Assembly (NCBI GenBank): GCA_027859095.1
Contig: JAQIBN010000085.1
Coordinates: 1 to 56,128 of the forward strand
Reading direction: 5' to 3'
Source of the DNA: Spirochaetia bacterium
GTDB taxonomy: Bacteria > Spirochaetota > Spirochaetia > B11-G9
DNA length: 56,128 nucleotides
Each line of letters opens with the position of its first letter. The stretch's first letter is position 1. The notes under the pieces are model-generated. The model worked only from the letters and a program-made list of their open reading frames with translations. It made no database searches and was not told where the DNA came from. Position numbers and translations under genes: made by a program. Shown piece by piece: positions 35,847 to 46,315 of the stretch.

Positions 35847-36257
35847 ATGAAAGCTCATTCTGAAATACCTAAAACCCTAAAAGCCTGGTTTGTGGTACAT
35901 TTTATTGCAGACACATTATTTGCTATCCCACTTTTTGTTGCCCCGGTTTTTCTATTAAAACTACTCAATTGGCAGAGTGTAGATCCGCTTATGGCCAGAA
36001 TGGTAGCAGCTGCCCTATTTGGCATAGGGATAGAATCCTTATTATGCATCAAACTGGGCAGGGATGCCTTTATAGCCATGTTGAATTTAAAGATAATCTG
36101 GTCCTTTGCTGCAATAGCAGGTTTTATAATTGGACTTAGTCAGGGATTATTTGGCTATACGCTTGTAGGGGTAGCACTACTTATAATTTTTACTGCATTT
36201 AATATTCTATGGATTTACTGGCGACTTTATTTTAAAAAGCTGGATAGGATTACTTAA
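35847..36257 (+). CDS. Small integral membrane protein of unknown function (about 4 TM)
   Basis: ATG 35847 after AGGAG; four hydrophobic segments. Confidence 0.65.
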   Translation: MKAHSEIPKTLKAWFVVHFIADTLFAIPLFVAPVFLLKLLNWQSVDPLMARMVAAALFGIGIESLLCIKLGRDAFIAMLNLKIIWSFAAIAGFIIGLSQGLFGYTLVGVALLIIFTAFNILWIYWRLYFKKLDRIT

Positions 36258-36949
36258 TCCAGGATTTCGCCATTCAGAAGGTATTTCAATGCTGTTGTTT
36301 TAAGTAGACGAATTTTTTTGCCCTCAACAAGAATAATTCCAGCTCCTGCCATTCTGGAAAACTCACGTGAAAGAGATGGTCGGGCTATACCGAATGAATC
36401 TGCCAGCTGTTCTCTTGTGTATGGGATATTTAGGAAATCTGATTTTTGTTTGGATCTGAGATTGAGTAAGTAACCAGCTATTTTCTGCTGAATGGAACTG
36501 AACTTAAATAACCTGATTTTTTCCGCCAAAATGTTCACTTTATTACCCACGAGAGCCAGATAATTTTCCAGACAGATCCTTTTGCTCATAAGAACACTAA
36601 GTACAGCTTCCTTTGGGATACTCAGTAGTGTACAAAAGCCGACTGCTGTGATAGTCACAGGCAGGGTGTTATCAATGGAAAATAGTATGCCAGGAGCTAT
36701 TACTGCGGATTCATGAAAATTCTCCAGCCTGATACGCTTTCCTGTGGGATCACTGATTTCGGATATAACTGTTCCATGAAGGACTATCAATAATTCTTTA
36801 TAAAGATCCCCCTGAAGGGCAACTATCTCACCTTTAATAAAATCTACCTTATTTAGAGAATATTCATCCAGAACTGATCTTATTTCCAGAAGATCTAATC
36901 CCTTAAACAACTCAGATTCTGCAAGAATATTCAGTTCAGTATTATTCAT
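36254..36949 (-). CDS. Crp/Fnr-family transcriptional regulator (HcpR-like)
   Basis: LF.GL, cNMP-fold region, HTH 'TREQLADSFGIARPSLSREFS.M...G.I'. Confidence 0.85.
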   Translation of the reverse strand: MNNTELNILAESELFKGLDLLEIRSVLDEYSLNKVDFIKGEIVALQGDLYKELLIVLHGTVISEISDPTGKRIRLENFHESAVIAPGILFSIDNTLPVTITAVGFCTLLSIPKEAVLSVLMSKRICLENYLALVGNKVNILAEKIRLFKFSSIQQKIAGYLLNLRSKQKSDFLNIPYTREQLADSFGIARPSLSREFSRMAGAGIILVEGKKIRLLKTTALKYLLNGEILD

Positions 36950-36981
36950 ATAATCTCCAAATTAATACAGGATTTATTCTT

Positions 36982-37287
36982 TTAAAAAATAGTCTGCAGC
37001 CCCCAGGCAGCAAGAACAGATATTACAAAAGCCATAATCACACTATTTTTATACCATGAAACCACTGCTGCTATGGCAAGAACAGTAACTGAAATCCATG
37101 GACTGCCGGGAATACCTGAAAGGCCATCAGGTATTATCAATCCTCCCAGAACAGCATAGGGAATGTATGAAAGAAATAATTTAAATTTAGCCGGTAATCT
37201 ATCTGCTTTCACAAAGACAAGAGGAAGTAGTCTTGGAATAAATGTTACAGCAGCCATCAACAATACAAGCATCAGAATATTATTCAC
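36982..37287 (-). CDS. azlD: AzlD-family branched-chain amino acid exporter subunit
   Basis: MAAVTFIPRLLP, FLSYIPYAVLG.LI.P; follows azlC. Confidence 0.8.
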   Translation of the reverse strand: MNNILMLVLLMAAVTFIPRLLPLVFVKADRLPAKFKLFLSYIPYAVLGGLIIPDGLSGIPGSPWISVTVLAIAAVVSWYKNSVIMAFVISVLAAWGLQTIF

Positions 37288-38017
37288 TTACAACCTCCTG
37301 TAAGGAAGGCATTAAGAATGTGAAAATAAGTGAAGAAATTATTACTCCAAGAACCAGGGACCAGCTGCTTCCAATTAATGGAACATAGCTCAAAGCAGTG
37401 TTCAGAATTCCGGCTGTCAGTGCGATCCAAATGATCTGCGGGGCTTTCCTGATCTCAGGAACCAGAAGGGACATAAAAAGGACATAGAGTCCCATTCCAA
37501 GGCTGCCCCCTAATGCATCAGGAATAAAAGTTCCAAGAAGGAATCCAGCTGCTGTTCCACTGCCCCAGGAAATATACGATAACAAACTTACTGTAAAAAC
37601 ATAGCCCACAGGCAGCCTCCCCTCTCGGGCCATGACAACAGAAAAGGTTTCATCTGTTACTCCGAAGGCTATAAAGGGTATCTGCCACCAGCGGGGAGTT
37701 ACCAGTCTGCTGCCAAGGGATGCGCTCATAATAAAATGACGAAAGTTAACCAGAAATGTTGCAGCCACAATACTTAATGGGGAAATACCGGCAATTAGCA
37801 TATTAAGTGCCATAAACTGGCTGGCTCCTGCAAAAACTATTGTGGAAAACATAACAGCATCTGTTAAATAAAGATTTGCACTTTTTACAAGAAGGCCGAA
37901 TGCCATGGCAACAGAGAAGTAACCCAGCATTATGGGAAATGCATCTTTGAAACCCATAATAATATAATCTATGAGATGTTTATCGGTTTTTGTTAACTCT
38001 TGTGATTCCATCATCAT
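37280..38017 (-). CDS. azlC: AzlC-family exporter permease
   Basis: PIMLGY...AFG, FAGASQF, VNFRHFIMS, FGVTDETF. Confidence 0.85.
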   Translation of the reverse strand: MMMESQELTKTDKHLIDYIIMGFKDAFPIMLGYFSVAMAFGLLVKSANLYLTDAVMFSTIVFAGASQFMALNMLIAGISPLSIVAATFLVNFRHFIMSASLGSRLVTPRWWQIPFIAFGVTDETFSVVMAREGRLPVGYVFTVSLLSYISWGSGTAAGFLLGTFIPDALGGSLGMGLYVLFMSLLVPEIRKAPQIIWIALTAGILNTALSYVPLIGSSWSLVLGVIISSLIFTFLMPSLQEVVSE

Positions 38018-38187
38018 GTATACTTATATCAGGAGATAAAAGTATGTGCAATATTTGAAAAAACAAATTGAAGATACTGCTCTTTTTAAATTTTCTGCTT
38101 AATTTTAGACATCTATCTTCTGCATCTTCAATTCAGTAAGATCATCTATTAAAAATTCCCGGCAGAAAGAAGAATAATCAGAATTTT

Positions 38188-39450
38188 CTATACCATGTTC
38201 TTTACTGTATTTTCCAATCGGGCCTTCTCTGCAGCAAAAATCACTTCATGGCTCAAACATGATTCTTCAATATTTCTCTTTATAAAGGAATGGTCTCCTG
38301 TTTCCCAGGCCTTGATATATGCAGTCATCAGGCCAAAATCACCACCGCCGTGCCCCTCAGAAGCACTGGCACCACTGGAATCCACTTCTATCTTTTCCCA
38401 GGTATCACTCAGAAAATCATACAATTGTATTTTATTTCCATCTGTATCCAGCATTCCCCGGGTACCGAAGATTCGTGTTTTTCTGTGAGAAACATCTGTA
38501 AAAGCAAGCACTGATAAGGAGGCTGTCCTATTTTCTGAAAAGTTTAGATTGACCACCTGGTTATCAACCACATTATTGTCACAGGAATATACACAACGCC
38601 CATAAGGGCCTGATTGAAGGGCAATATCAAGAGCTTCAATACTCAACTCATCTATCACCGTATCCAGGGGCCATATCAAATTCCCTTCCTTGAGAATTTT
38701 ACTGTAAAAACGTGGTGCTGAAAAAGGACAGGAAGCTTCAATACTGCAATTAAAACAACGGGATGACGCACCTTCAGGTTTATTCTCTTTACGAAAATGA
38801 TTCAACGAGCCGAAAGAGGATACAGAGCTCACTTCACCTCCCATAACATGTAAAATCCAGTCTATATCATGACAGGACTTTGCCAGAAGCATGGAACTGC
38901 TGGTATCTTCCCTCCTCCAGTTACCACGCACATATGAATGAACATAATGCCAGTAACCAACAGGTTCAAGTCTCTGAAGAGATACAACATCTCCTATCCG
39001 GTCAGTTCCAAGGAGTTTTTTAATGAGTTGGGTATGGGGAGTATAAAGAAGGACATGGCAAATTCCGAATAATATCCGGTTTCGTTTTACAGCCTCAGAA
39101 ATTTTTACACACCCTTCATGATCCACCGACATGGGTTTTTCAAGGAGAATGTTATAACCCAAATCAGAAAATGCAACCACAGGCTCAACATGGTCTCTGT
39201 CCGGGGTGGCAATAAGAACAGCATCAGCTGAAGGCTTATCCTGCAGAAGAGCCCTCCAGGAAGAATATCTGTATTTTTCAGGGACTCCAAATTTTTCTCC
39301 GAACAAGTTTCTTCTAAACTCATTTGGTTCTGCTACAGCACATATCACTAATTTATCAGGATTTAACAGAGAAAACTCACTGTAAGCCCGTCCCCGGCTC
39401 CCTGCTCCCAGTACTGCAAGTCTCATCTTTTTGCTGTTCTTTTTACTCAT
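38188..39450 (-). CDS. Gfo/Idh/MocA oxidoreductase
   Basis: GAGSRG, ATPD..H, LEKP, HSYVRGNWR, AKSCHDID, HGGGD. Confidence 0.85.
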   Translation of the reverse strand: MSKKNSKKMRLAVLGAGSRGRAYSEFSLLNPDKLVICAVAEPNEFRRNLFGEKFGVPEKYRYSSWRALLQDKPSADAVLIATPDRDHVEPVVAFSDLGYNILLEKPMSVDHEGCVKISEAVKRNRILFGICHVLLYTPHTQLIKKLLGTDRIGDVVSLQRLEPVGYWHYVHSYVRGNWRREDTSSSMLLAKSCHDIDWILHVMGGEVSSVSSFGSLNHFRKENKPEGASSRCFNCSIEASCPFSAPRFYSKILKEGNLIWPLDTVIDELSIEALDIALQSGPYGRCVYSCDNNVVDNQVVNLNFSENRTASLSVLAFTDVSHRKTRIFGTRGMLDTDGNKIQLYDFLSDTWEKIEVDSSGASASEGHGGGDFGLMTAYIKAWETGDHSFIKRNIEESCLSHEVIFAAEKARLENTVKNMV

Positions 39451-39453
39451 TAA

Positions 39454-40287
39454 TTATCCTTTAACTGAACCGGAACGTACTCCGGCTATTACATATTTTT
39501 GCATAAATAGAAAAAATATCACAATTGGAAACATACCCAGTACCAGAGTAGCAAGAGCATAATCCCAACGGTTAGTGTACTGCCCGAAAAAACTGAAAAC
39601 GGCAAGAGGAATTGTATGAAGAGATCGTTTTGACAGAATTAAAAGAGGCAGCAGAAAATCATTCCAAATCAGCAGAGTCTGGAGAATTATGACTGTTATG
39701 GTCATAGAACGAATCATTGGAATTACTATATATAAAAAAATCTGAAAGATGTTACAGCCATCAATTAAAGCTGCTTCTTCCATCTGGATAGGCACTGATT
39801 TAATAAATCCATGATATAGAAACACAGTGAAGGGTGTGCTGTATCCAAGATAAACCAGAATCAGACCAATCCGGCTGTTTAAGAGATGGAAATCGGTAAC
39901 AACCCTCATCAGGGGGATCATTATTGATTGAAAAGGGGTAACCATGGCAGCAACAAAGGCAAAAAACATTAATCCATTAAATTTTGTATTTTTTCTAACC
40001 ATCCACCATGATGCCATAGAGCCGATAATTACAAGAAATAGAATAGATAATGATGTGATGAATATTGAATTGGAAAACACCGAAAGAAATTTTATTTTAC
40101 TAAAAGCATTTGTATAATTACTCCAGGCAATAATTCTGGGCAATGAGGCAGCGTTTTTTAGAATTTCTCCGAATGGTTTAAGGGAATTTACCACAACAAA
40201 GTAGAATGGAGCCAGAAATAACATAGCAATAAGCACCATGCCAAGCTCCATTACTCCTACAATAGTCCTTCTTCTAACCTGGATCAT
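39454..40287 (-). CDS. Carbohydrate ABC permease (MalG/MsmG type)
   Basis: EAA loop 'EEAALIDGC', WNDFLLP. Confidence 0.9.
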   Translation of the reverse strand: MIQVRRRTIVGVMELGMVLIAMLFLAPFYFVVVNSLKPFGEILKNAASLPRIIAWSNYTNAFSKIKFLSVFSNSIFITSLSILFLVIIGSMASWWMVRKNTKFNGLMFFAFVAAMVTPFQSIMIPLMRVVTDFHLLNSRIGLILVYLGYSTPFTVFLYHGFIKSVPIQMEEAALIDGCNIFQIFLYIVIPMIRSMTITVIILQTLLIWNDFLLPLLILSKRSLHTIPLAVFSFFGQYTNRWDYALATLVLGMFPIVIFFLFMQKYVIAGVRSGSVKG

Positions 40288-41171
40288 GCTTCAACCTCCA
40301 TTTTTTTGGTTTGGCGTACCTGAAAAAGAGTAATTACACCAACCACCAGAAAATAGAGAATAGATTTCGCTGATCCGACTCCATAATTACCGTATCTAAA
40401 AGCTTCGAGATAGATATTCAGTGCAACGGTCTCAGTAGAACGGAAAGGCCCTCCTGAAGTTAGAGATAAAACTATATCAAAACTCTTAAAAGTCCATGAT
40501 AGAGCTAAAAACAGACAAACAGTAATTGCCGGCATAGACAAAGGTACAATTATACGGGTGAACATATAGACACCACCGGCTCCGTCCATATGTGCTGCTT
40601 CCATAAGTTCTGTATCAATATTTAGAAGATGGGCAATATAAATAATCATTAGATACCCAACCGATCTCCAGGTATATACAATTACTAGACCCCAGAACCC
40701 GGTCTCAGGAGAACCTAACCAGGGAAGTGCAAAAAAACTGAGTTTTGTAATTTCTCCAATAGTAGAGAAGCCATTCACCAGGATAAATCGCCAGATAAAT
40801 CCAAGAAGTACTCCTCCGATGACGTTGGGAAGGAAAAAAATGGTCCTGAGCAACACCTTGGTCCTTAATGGTTGAATCAGAACCATGGCAAATCCAAATG
40901 CCAGAACGTTTGTAATTACCAATGTGGTTACAGTAAAACGAAAAGTAAACCATAATGATGTAAAAAATTGTGTATCATGAAATAAAATCTGTTGAAAATT
41001 ATTAATTCCTACCCAAATTGGAGTGGCATTTACTCCATTCCACTCTGTAAAACTATAATAAATTCCGGAAATAAATGGGAATACGATGATAAGTATGAAA
41101 AAAAACACTGCCGGTCCGAGAAAAACTGTTGCTAATCCCGCCTGTTTTATACGATTTCCTGATTCAGACAT
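40284..41171 (-). CDS. Carbohydrate ABC permease (MalF/MsmF type)
   Basis: YSFTEWNG, EAAHMDGA, FD....LT.GGP. Confidence 0.9.
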   Translation of the reverse strand: MSESGNRIKQAGLATVFLGPAVFFFILIIVFPFISGIYYSFTEWNGVNATPIWVGINNFQQILFHDTQFFTSLWFTFRFTVTTLVITNVLAFGFAMVLIQPLRTKVLLRTIFFLPNVIGGVLLGFIWRFILVNGFSTIGEITKLSFFALPWLGSPETGFWGLVIVYTWRSVGYLMIIYIAHLLNIDTELMEAAHMDGAGGVYMFTRIIVPLSMPAITVCLFLALSWTFKSFDIVLSLTSGGPFRSTETVALNIYLEAFRYGNYGVGSAKSILYFLVVGVITLFQVRQTKKMEVEA

Positions 41172-41186
41172 ATTTCCTCCAGGCGG

Positions 41187-41223
41187 AAAAAAAACAGTTC
41201 CCCGGAAAAAATCAGGGAACTGT
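41187..41223 (-). terminator. Hairpin plus U-tract after the sugar-binding protein gene
   Basis: ACAGTTCCC/GGGAACTGT stem followed by a T run on the minus strand. Confidence 0.6.
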
Positions 41224-41231
41224 ATCTATTA

Positions 41232-42482
41232 TTATTCAGCAAGCTTAACCCATGATTCCTGCATTCGTTTCAGCATTTCACTATAAGAAATTTTATCTGC
41301 AACATATCGCTGTGCATGTTCTGAGAATTCGTTATACATACCATCATGCCATGTTGTAAATGACCAGGGAACAGTTTTTCCTTTTGAAGCATAAGTTAAT
41401 ATATCCTGACTTAATCCCCCTAATGAATCTGATTTTATATTATCAAAAGCAGGGATATAGCCAAACTCCTCTGTAATATATCTTTGTCCAACCTCAGAAC
41501 TAACCATCCAGTTCAGGAACTTTTTGGCATCATCCTTCATATCTGATTCTTTGTTTACGACCCAATAAAAGGGAACCCCTACAGGTATTCTGCCGGAAAC
41601 AGCCGGATCATTATTCACTGGAATCGGTAGGAGTCCTACTTCTGCATCAGGATTTGCTTCATAGATCCCGACCTCTTTCCAGTTTCCCTGCTGAACCATG
41701 GCTACCTGTCCGGTATTAAACAAGGTCATTTGAGCATTATGATCAGTAGTTAGGGGGTTTTTATTTCCATATTTAATTGTCAAATCAAAAGTTTCTTTAA
41801 AACTGTTAAAAATTGCGTTATCTGCAATTGATGCTGTTCCATTATCCAGGGCAGTAGAAAAGGAGGCTGGATCCTGAAGAGTAGCAAAAGGAATATTCAT
41901 AAGATGCATACCTATAACCCACCATTCTGAGTATCCATTTCCAAATGGCGTTATCCCCATGGCTTCTATCTTTTCTGCTGCATCTCTTAGTTCCTGTACA
42001 GTCCCTGGTGTTTTGGTTATACCTGCATCCCTAAATATCTTTTTGTTGTAGATGAATCCGTATCCTTCAAGGTTGAAAGGCATTCCCATCAGTTTACCTT
42101 CAAAGGTCATAGGTCTCTTTGCCGACTCAACTGCATGGCTTACCCAAGGCTGATCAGATAGATCGGACAGGTATTCTGAAAAAGTATTTGCCAGAGCTGG
42201 TCCATCCACTACAAAAATATCAGGTCCGTTTCCAGATGCAAATTTTGTTTTCAATGTTGTTGTCCAATCAGCTGCACCACCTACAGTCTCAACTACAAGT
42301 TTTACACCCGGCTCCACTTTAGCATATTCCTTGACTAATTGATCCCATTGCTCAACCTGACTCACCTTAAAATGATACAAGTTTAATTCTCTGGGTGTGG
42401 TTTTCTGCTCTTCCTTATTACCTGCTGCGAATAAAAAGCCAATTGACAATAAGAATATCAATCCCAATAACATTTTTTTCAT
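41232..42482 (-). CDS. Carbohydrate ABC substrate-binding protein (MsmE-like)
   Basis: Signal ending LFA-AGNKE; ETVGG, GPDIF, EGYGFIYNK, QGNW. Confidence 0.85.
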   Translation of the reverse strand: MKKMLLGLIFLLSIGFLFAAGNKEEQKTTPRELNLYHFKVSQVEQWDQLVKEYAKVEPGVKLVVETVGGAADWTTTLKTKFASGNGPDIFVVDGPALANTFSEYLSDLSDQPWVSHAVESAKRPMTFEGKLMGMPFNLEGYGFIYNKKIFRDAGITKTPGTVQELRDAAEKIEAMGITPFGNGYSEWWVIGMHLMNIPFATLQDPASFSTALDNGTASIADNAIFNSFKETFDLTIKYGNKNPLTTDHNAQMTLFNTGQVAMVQQGNWKEVGIYEANPDAEVGLLPIPVNNDPAVSGRIPVGVPFYWVVNKESDMKDDAKKFLNWMVSSEVGQRYITEEFGYIPAFDNIKSDSLGGLSQDILTYASKGKTVPWSFTTWHDGMYNEFSEHAQRYVADKISYSEMLKRMQESWVKLAE

Positions 42483-42518
42483 AAAAACCTCCTCGGTTTT
42501 TTAAAGAGAAATTATTAT

Positions 42519-42557
42519 CACCTATAATGTTTGTTGTGACAACAATCATTATAGGTG
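42519..42557. promoter_or_regulatory. ROK (XylR-type) operator palindrome
   Basis: CACCTATAATG-T-TTGTTG-TGA-CAACAA-T-CATTATAGGTG, overlapping the -10 element. Confidence 0.7.
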
Positions 42558-42577
42558 TCTTTCTTTACTTTTGTCAA
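42548..42577 (-). promoter_or_regulatory. Consensus sigma70 promoter of the sugar ABC operon
   Basis: TTGACA-N18-TATAAT. Confidence 0.75.
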
Positions 42578-42683
42578 GTTTTTTTATAGTTTATTATTTG
42601 TCCTTGACCAAAGGGCTAACTCTAAACAATAATTGTTTATTGAAAGAACAAAGTAGTTATTCTATATCTAAAAGGAGGAGCTT

Positions 42684-43850
42684 ACGGGATATCAACAGGA
42701 ACAAAAGAAAAAAAACATCTCAAAAATACTTGAAATCATCCACAGTTCACAGGGAATCAGCAGGATTGATATAGCCAGAGAACTTGAAATTGATCGTTCA
42801 ACAGTTACAACAATCGTACCCGAACTTTTAAAATATGAAATTCTGAAGGAAATTCAGATAAAACCAACTGGTAAAGGAGGAAGACCTCCAATTCTCTTAC
42901 AAATAAATATGAACTTTGGTAATACTATAGGGGTAGCTATCCATCTAAAAAGTTACCAGGCTGCAGTTCTGAATCTTTCCGGAGAAATTGTTTTTATCCT
43001 CCAGGAAAAACTTCCGCACCCTTTAGAGGAGTTCGGAAATAACTGTAAAACAATCCTGAATCGAATTGAAAACAAATTGAAATACACCGGGATTCCGATT
43101 ATTGGTGCTGCAATTGCAATATCTGGCACTATTAACTCATTAAATAACAGTGTAGACCGTTCCTTTGTTTTTCAATTGGAAGATTACGATTTCCAAAAGG
43201 AGATATCCGAACAGTTTCCATACCCTGTTTTTGTAGAAAATGATGCAAATGCAGGGGCATGGGGAGAGCTTTTCCCCCCCTGGAATAAACACTACACATC
43301 TTTTCTATATCTATTGGCGAGAACTACAGCATATAATACAGATACTAACATTGATACAGGGATGGCTATTGGAATAGGAGTGGTGGCAGACGGTCGTATA
43401 CTTTATGGCGCCCACAACCAGGCAGGAGAACTTCGTAGTGCTTACTGGAAAAAATCAAGGGATTCAAAAAAGCAAGTATCCATACCTCTTAGCAGGTTGG
43501 TAAATATTCAGAATGACAAGGTTGTGCTTCAGGAATTTATAGAAGAAATTCTTGTAACTCTGGGACCAGTAGTCTCCGTCATAGATCCGGAAGCAATAAT
43601 TTTTGGAGGTGATTTAAAAGATCAAATACCACTTATTATGGAAATACTGAGAGGCTCTCTGGTTGAAAATTATCTGAGTATGGAACAGGAGAAATATTCA
43701 ATTGCTCCGCCGGTCAAAGGAGAGGAAGAGATCTGTGCAGGGGCAGCATGTATGTTTTTACACCGTTTATTCAAACAAAACTATGAACATCCCCAAAAAA
43801 AAGATGTTGTTGCATGGGAAAATATTTTTCAATTGGTATCAGCCAGGTAA
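42684..43850 (+). CDS. ROK-family transcriptional repressor; HTH in frame upstream of the ORF-track start, probable ACG start
   Basis: In-frame 'ISRIDIARELEIDRSTVT..V..L' HTH and GGRPP linker; ENDANA, GIG.G, AGE; SD AAGGAGG 5 nt before ACG 42684. Confidence 0.8.
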   Translation, partial: TGYQQEQKKKNISKILEIIHSSQGISRIDIARELEIDRSTVTTIVPELLKYEILKEIQIKPTGKGGRPPILLQINMNFGNTIGVAIHLKSYQAAVLNLSGEIVFILQEKLPHPLEEFGNNCKTILNRIENKLKYTGIPIIGAAIAISGTINSLNNSVDRSFVFQLEDYDFQKEISEQFPYPVFVENDANAGAWGELFPPWNKHYTSFLYLLARTTAYNTDTNIDTGMAIGIGVVADGRILYGAHNQAGELRSAYWKKSRDSKKQVSIPLSRLVNIQNDKVVLQEFIEEILVTLGPVVSVIDPEAIIFGGDLKDQIPLIMEILRGSLVENYLSMEQEKYSIAPPVKGEEEICAGAACMFLHRLFKQNYEHPQKKDVVAWENIFQLVSAR

Positions 43851-43929
43851 TGAATAAATTATAGCAGTTAAATAGGTTTTGATTATTTATATAAAGCCTC
43901 GTAAAATTTTCGTGAAAAAATCATCCTTC

Positions 43930-44532
43930 TTAAGTATTAATACCAAGCAGATCGAGATCCTTCTGCAAAGTAACAGGACTAGCTAAATGAATAGTCTCAA
44001 ATCCCAGATTGGAGGCTGTTAAAATATTATTTTTTGTATCATCAATAAATATGGATTCACCAGGATCAATTTTATACTTATTAATCAATCTAATATAGAT
44101 ATCAGTATCCGGTTTCATCATATTTACTTTCGCAGAAATAATTCCACCATTAAAATTATTAAAGAAATCATATTTTTCAAAAATGCAGGAATAAATTTGA
44201 TGACTGATATTGGAAAGATATAATAGATTATACTCATGGATTTTAAGAAGTTTAAGAATCTCTACTGTGCTTTCAATAGGTGTAAATATGCTGCATAAAT
44301 CCGACATAACCTCACGAAGAATAAGTTCCCTTTCCGGATTTCTATCTATAAATATTCTTAAAACCTCACTTTCAGTTTTTGTTCCCTTATCAAGATCCAG
44401 CCACTCCTGTGTATCGAAAATAGCTGAAAACAGGAAGAGGACATCCTCCTCCGGGTATTTTTTACTCAAAAATTCAATAGGTCTATAATATACAAGCACA
44501 TTTCCAATATCAAAAATTATATTTTTTATCAC
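43930..44532 (-). CDS. HAD-superfamily phosphatase
   Basis: FDIGNVL, LSN, KPD..IY, FIDD. Confidence 0.85.
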   Translation of the reverse strand: MIKNIIFDIGNVLVYYRPIEFLSKKYPEEDVLFLFSAIFDTQEWLDLDKGTKTESEVLRIFIDRNPERELILREVMSDLCSIFTPIESTVEILKLLKIHEYNLLYLSNISHQIYSCIFEKYDFFNNFNGGIISAKVNMMKPDTDIYIRLINKYKIDPGESIFIDDTKNNILTASNLGFETIHLASPVTLQKDLDLLGINT

Positions 44533-44647
44533 TTCCCTTCCTGTTTTACAGAATTCAATTGAAAACTGTTTCTTATTTTATTTCCCGGATCCACAAAAGG
44601 GAATTTAATATCAATCCAATAACAGATTATTCTATTGTAAATACCAT

Positions 44648-46315
44648 TTAACCAGCAATAGTTTCTTTCCCTACACCTAAGAATTTATTAACTATAAACA
44701 GAGCTAATCCAGTGCATACCAACAGTATTGTTGCCAGTGCTGAAGCAGTCCCGAATAAGCCGTCAAGAACACTCAAGTATATTCTTACAGGCATTGTCAT
44801 GGTTTTACCTACATATAATACAATAGAAGAAGACAGTTCATTAACTGCAGTAACCCAACTCATTATGGCACCGGAAATTATACCCGGAATCATCAGTGGC
44901 AATGTGACCTTTCGGAAGGTTCTACCAGGAGGTGAACCGAGATTAATGCCTGCTTCCTCCAGAGAAGGATCAATCTGCTGAAGAATTGAAGCACTGGATC
45001 TGATTGAGTAAGGCAGTCTACGGATAAAATAGGACATGATGATGATCGTAGCAGTACCTGCCAGATACAATGGTTTTCCATTGAAAGCAACAATGAATCC
45101 TATTCCCAATACAGTTCCCGGAATTATGTAAGGAATCATCAGAAGAGGGTCAAGTAATCTTGCCGGAAGATTTTTCTTTCTCGACATGACGAAACCTAAC
45201 AAGGTTCCCACTATTACAATAAAAATTACAGCTGTTATGGAAAAGACAAGACTGTTGGTGATAGCTACCGGAACATCATGCAATATTTTCTGATAACTCT
45301 GCAGGCCAAAACCAGGCTGGAACACCGGTCCCTTTGTTTTTCGAAAGGAAAAAATAACTACTACTGCCAAAGGAAGTGTACTGATAAAAACGATCAGATA
45401 ACTTACCAGATGAGCTGCTAGGTTTGCAATTCCATGCAGAGATTTGACTTCCTGCTTATTGAGCATATTACTGGAGTATTTACGCCTGGAAGATGCATAT
45501 CTCTGAAAGAATATGACAAGAGTGGAAACAAGAATTAAAAGAATACTTACAGTAGAGGCAAGTCCGGGATTCTCCCCTACTTCACTGGTAAAAAGATTGT
45601 ATGCCATGGTAGGGAGAACATGAAAGTTTCTTCCAATTATCATGGGAGTTCCAAAATTTGCCAGGGACATCATAAAGGCCATAAGTCCGCCTGCACTTAC
45701 TGATGGAAGAACCAGAGGCAGAGTTACTCTAAAAAACCTTGTTACAGAATTGGCTCCCATATTCTCAGCAGCTTCTTCCAGTGATCGGTCAACAGCAGTC
45801 AATGCTCCGGATGTTAAAAGGAAAACAAAAGGATAATACTGCAATGTATATACCAGAATTATGCCTCCGGGTCCGAATATCGTAGGTAAATTAATACCCA
45901 GGGTCATTAGAAAATTACGGAGAAAACCGTTATTTCCCATCATCATTATCCAGGAATAAGCACCGATGAAGGGAGGCGAAAGAAGAGACAAAACCGCAAA
46001 TGTTGCCAGGACCGTTTTACCCCGAATTTTAAACCTTGAAGTAAAAAAAGCAAGGGGTATTCCAAACAGCAGGGCGCCTATGGTTCCACCAAAGGATACG
46101 AATAAACTATTCATAATAGTACGGGTATAATAGACTTTGGAGAAAAATTCTCTATAATTCGAAAGTGAAAGTCTTCCTGTTTCATTACTGATAAAACTAG
46201 CCTTGAATATATTGAAGAGTGGAAAGATAAGAAGAACAAATACTGTTAAGTAACCAAAAACTGTTACCAGTGTCCAGAAATCAAAACTGGAATTACGAAG
46301 CCTTCCAATTTTCAT
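44648..46315 (-). CDS. Fe3+/phosphorylated-solute type ABC permease (FbpB-like)
   Basis: Two EAA loops (LEEAAENMGA, LEEAGINLG), 555 aa. Confidence 0.85.
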   Translation of the reverse strand: MKIGRLRNSSFDFWTLVTVFGYLTVFVLLIFPLFNIFKASFISNETGRLSLSNYREFFSKVYYTRTIMNSLFVSFGGTIGALLFGIPLAFFTSRFKIRGKTVLATFAVLSLLSPPFIGAYSWIMMMGNNGFLRNFLMTLGINLPTIFGPGGIILVYTLQYYPFVFLLTSGALTAVDRSLEEAAENMGANSVTRFFRVTLPLVLPSVSAGGLMAFMMSLANFGTPMIIGRNFHVLPTMAYNLFTSEVGENPGLASTVSILLILVSTLVIFFQRYASSRRKYSSNMLNKQEVKSLHGIANLAAHLVSYLIVFISTLPLAVVVIFSFRKTKGPVFQPGFGLQSYQKILHDVPVAITNSLVFSITAVIFIVIVGTLLGFVMSRKKNLPARLLDPLLMIPYIIPGTVLGIGFIVAFNGKPLYLAGTATIIIMSYFIRRLPYSIRSSASILQQIDPSLEEAGINLGSPPGRTFRKVTLPLMIPGIISGAIMSWVTAVNELSSSIVLYVGKTMTMPVRIYLSVLDGLFGTASALATILLVCTGLALFIVNKFLGVGKETIAG

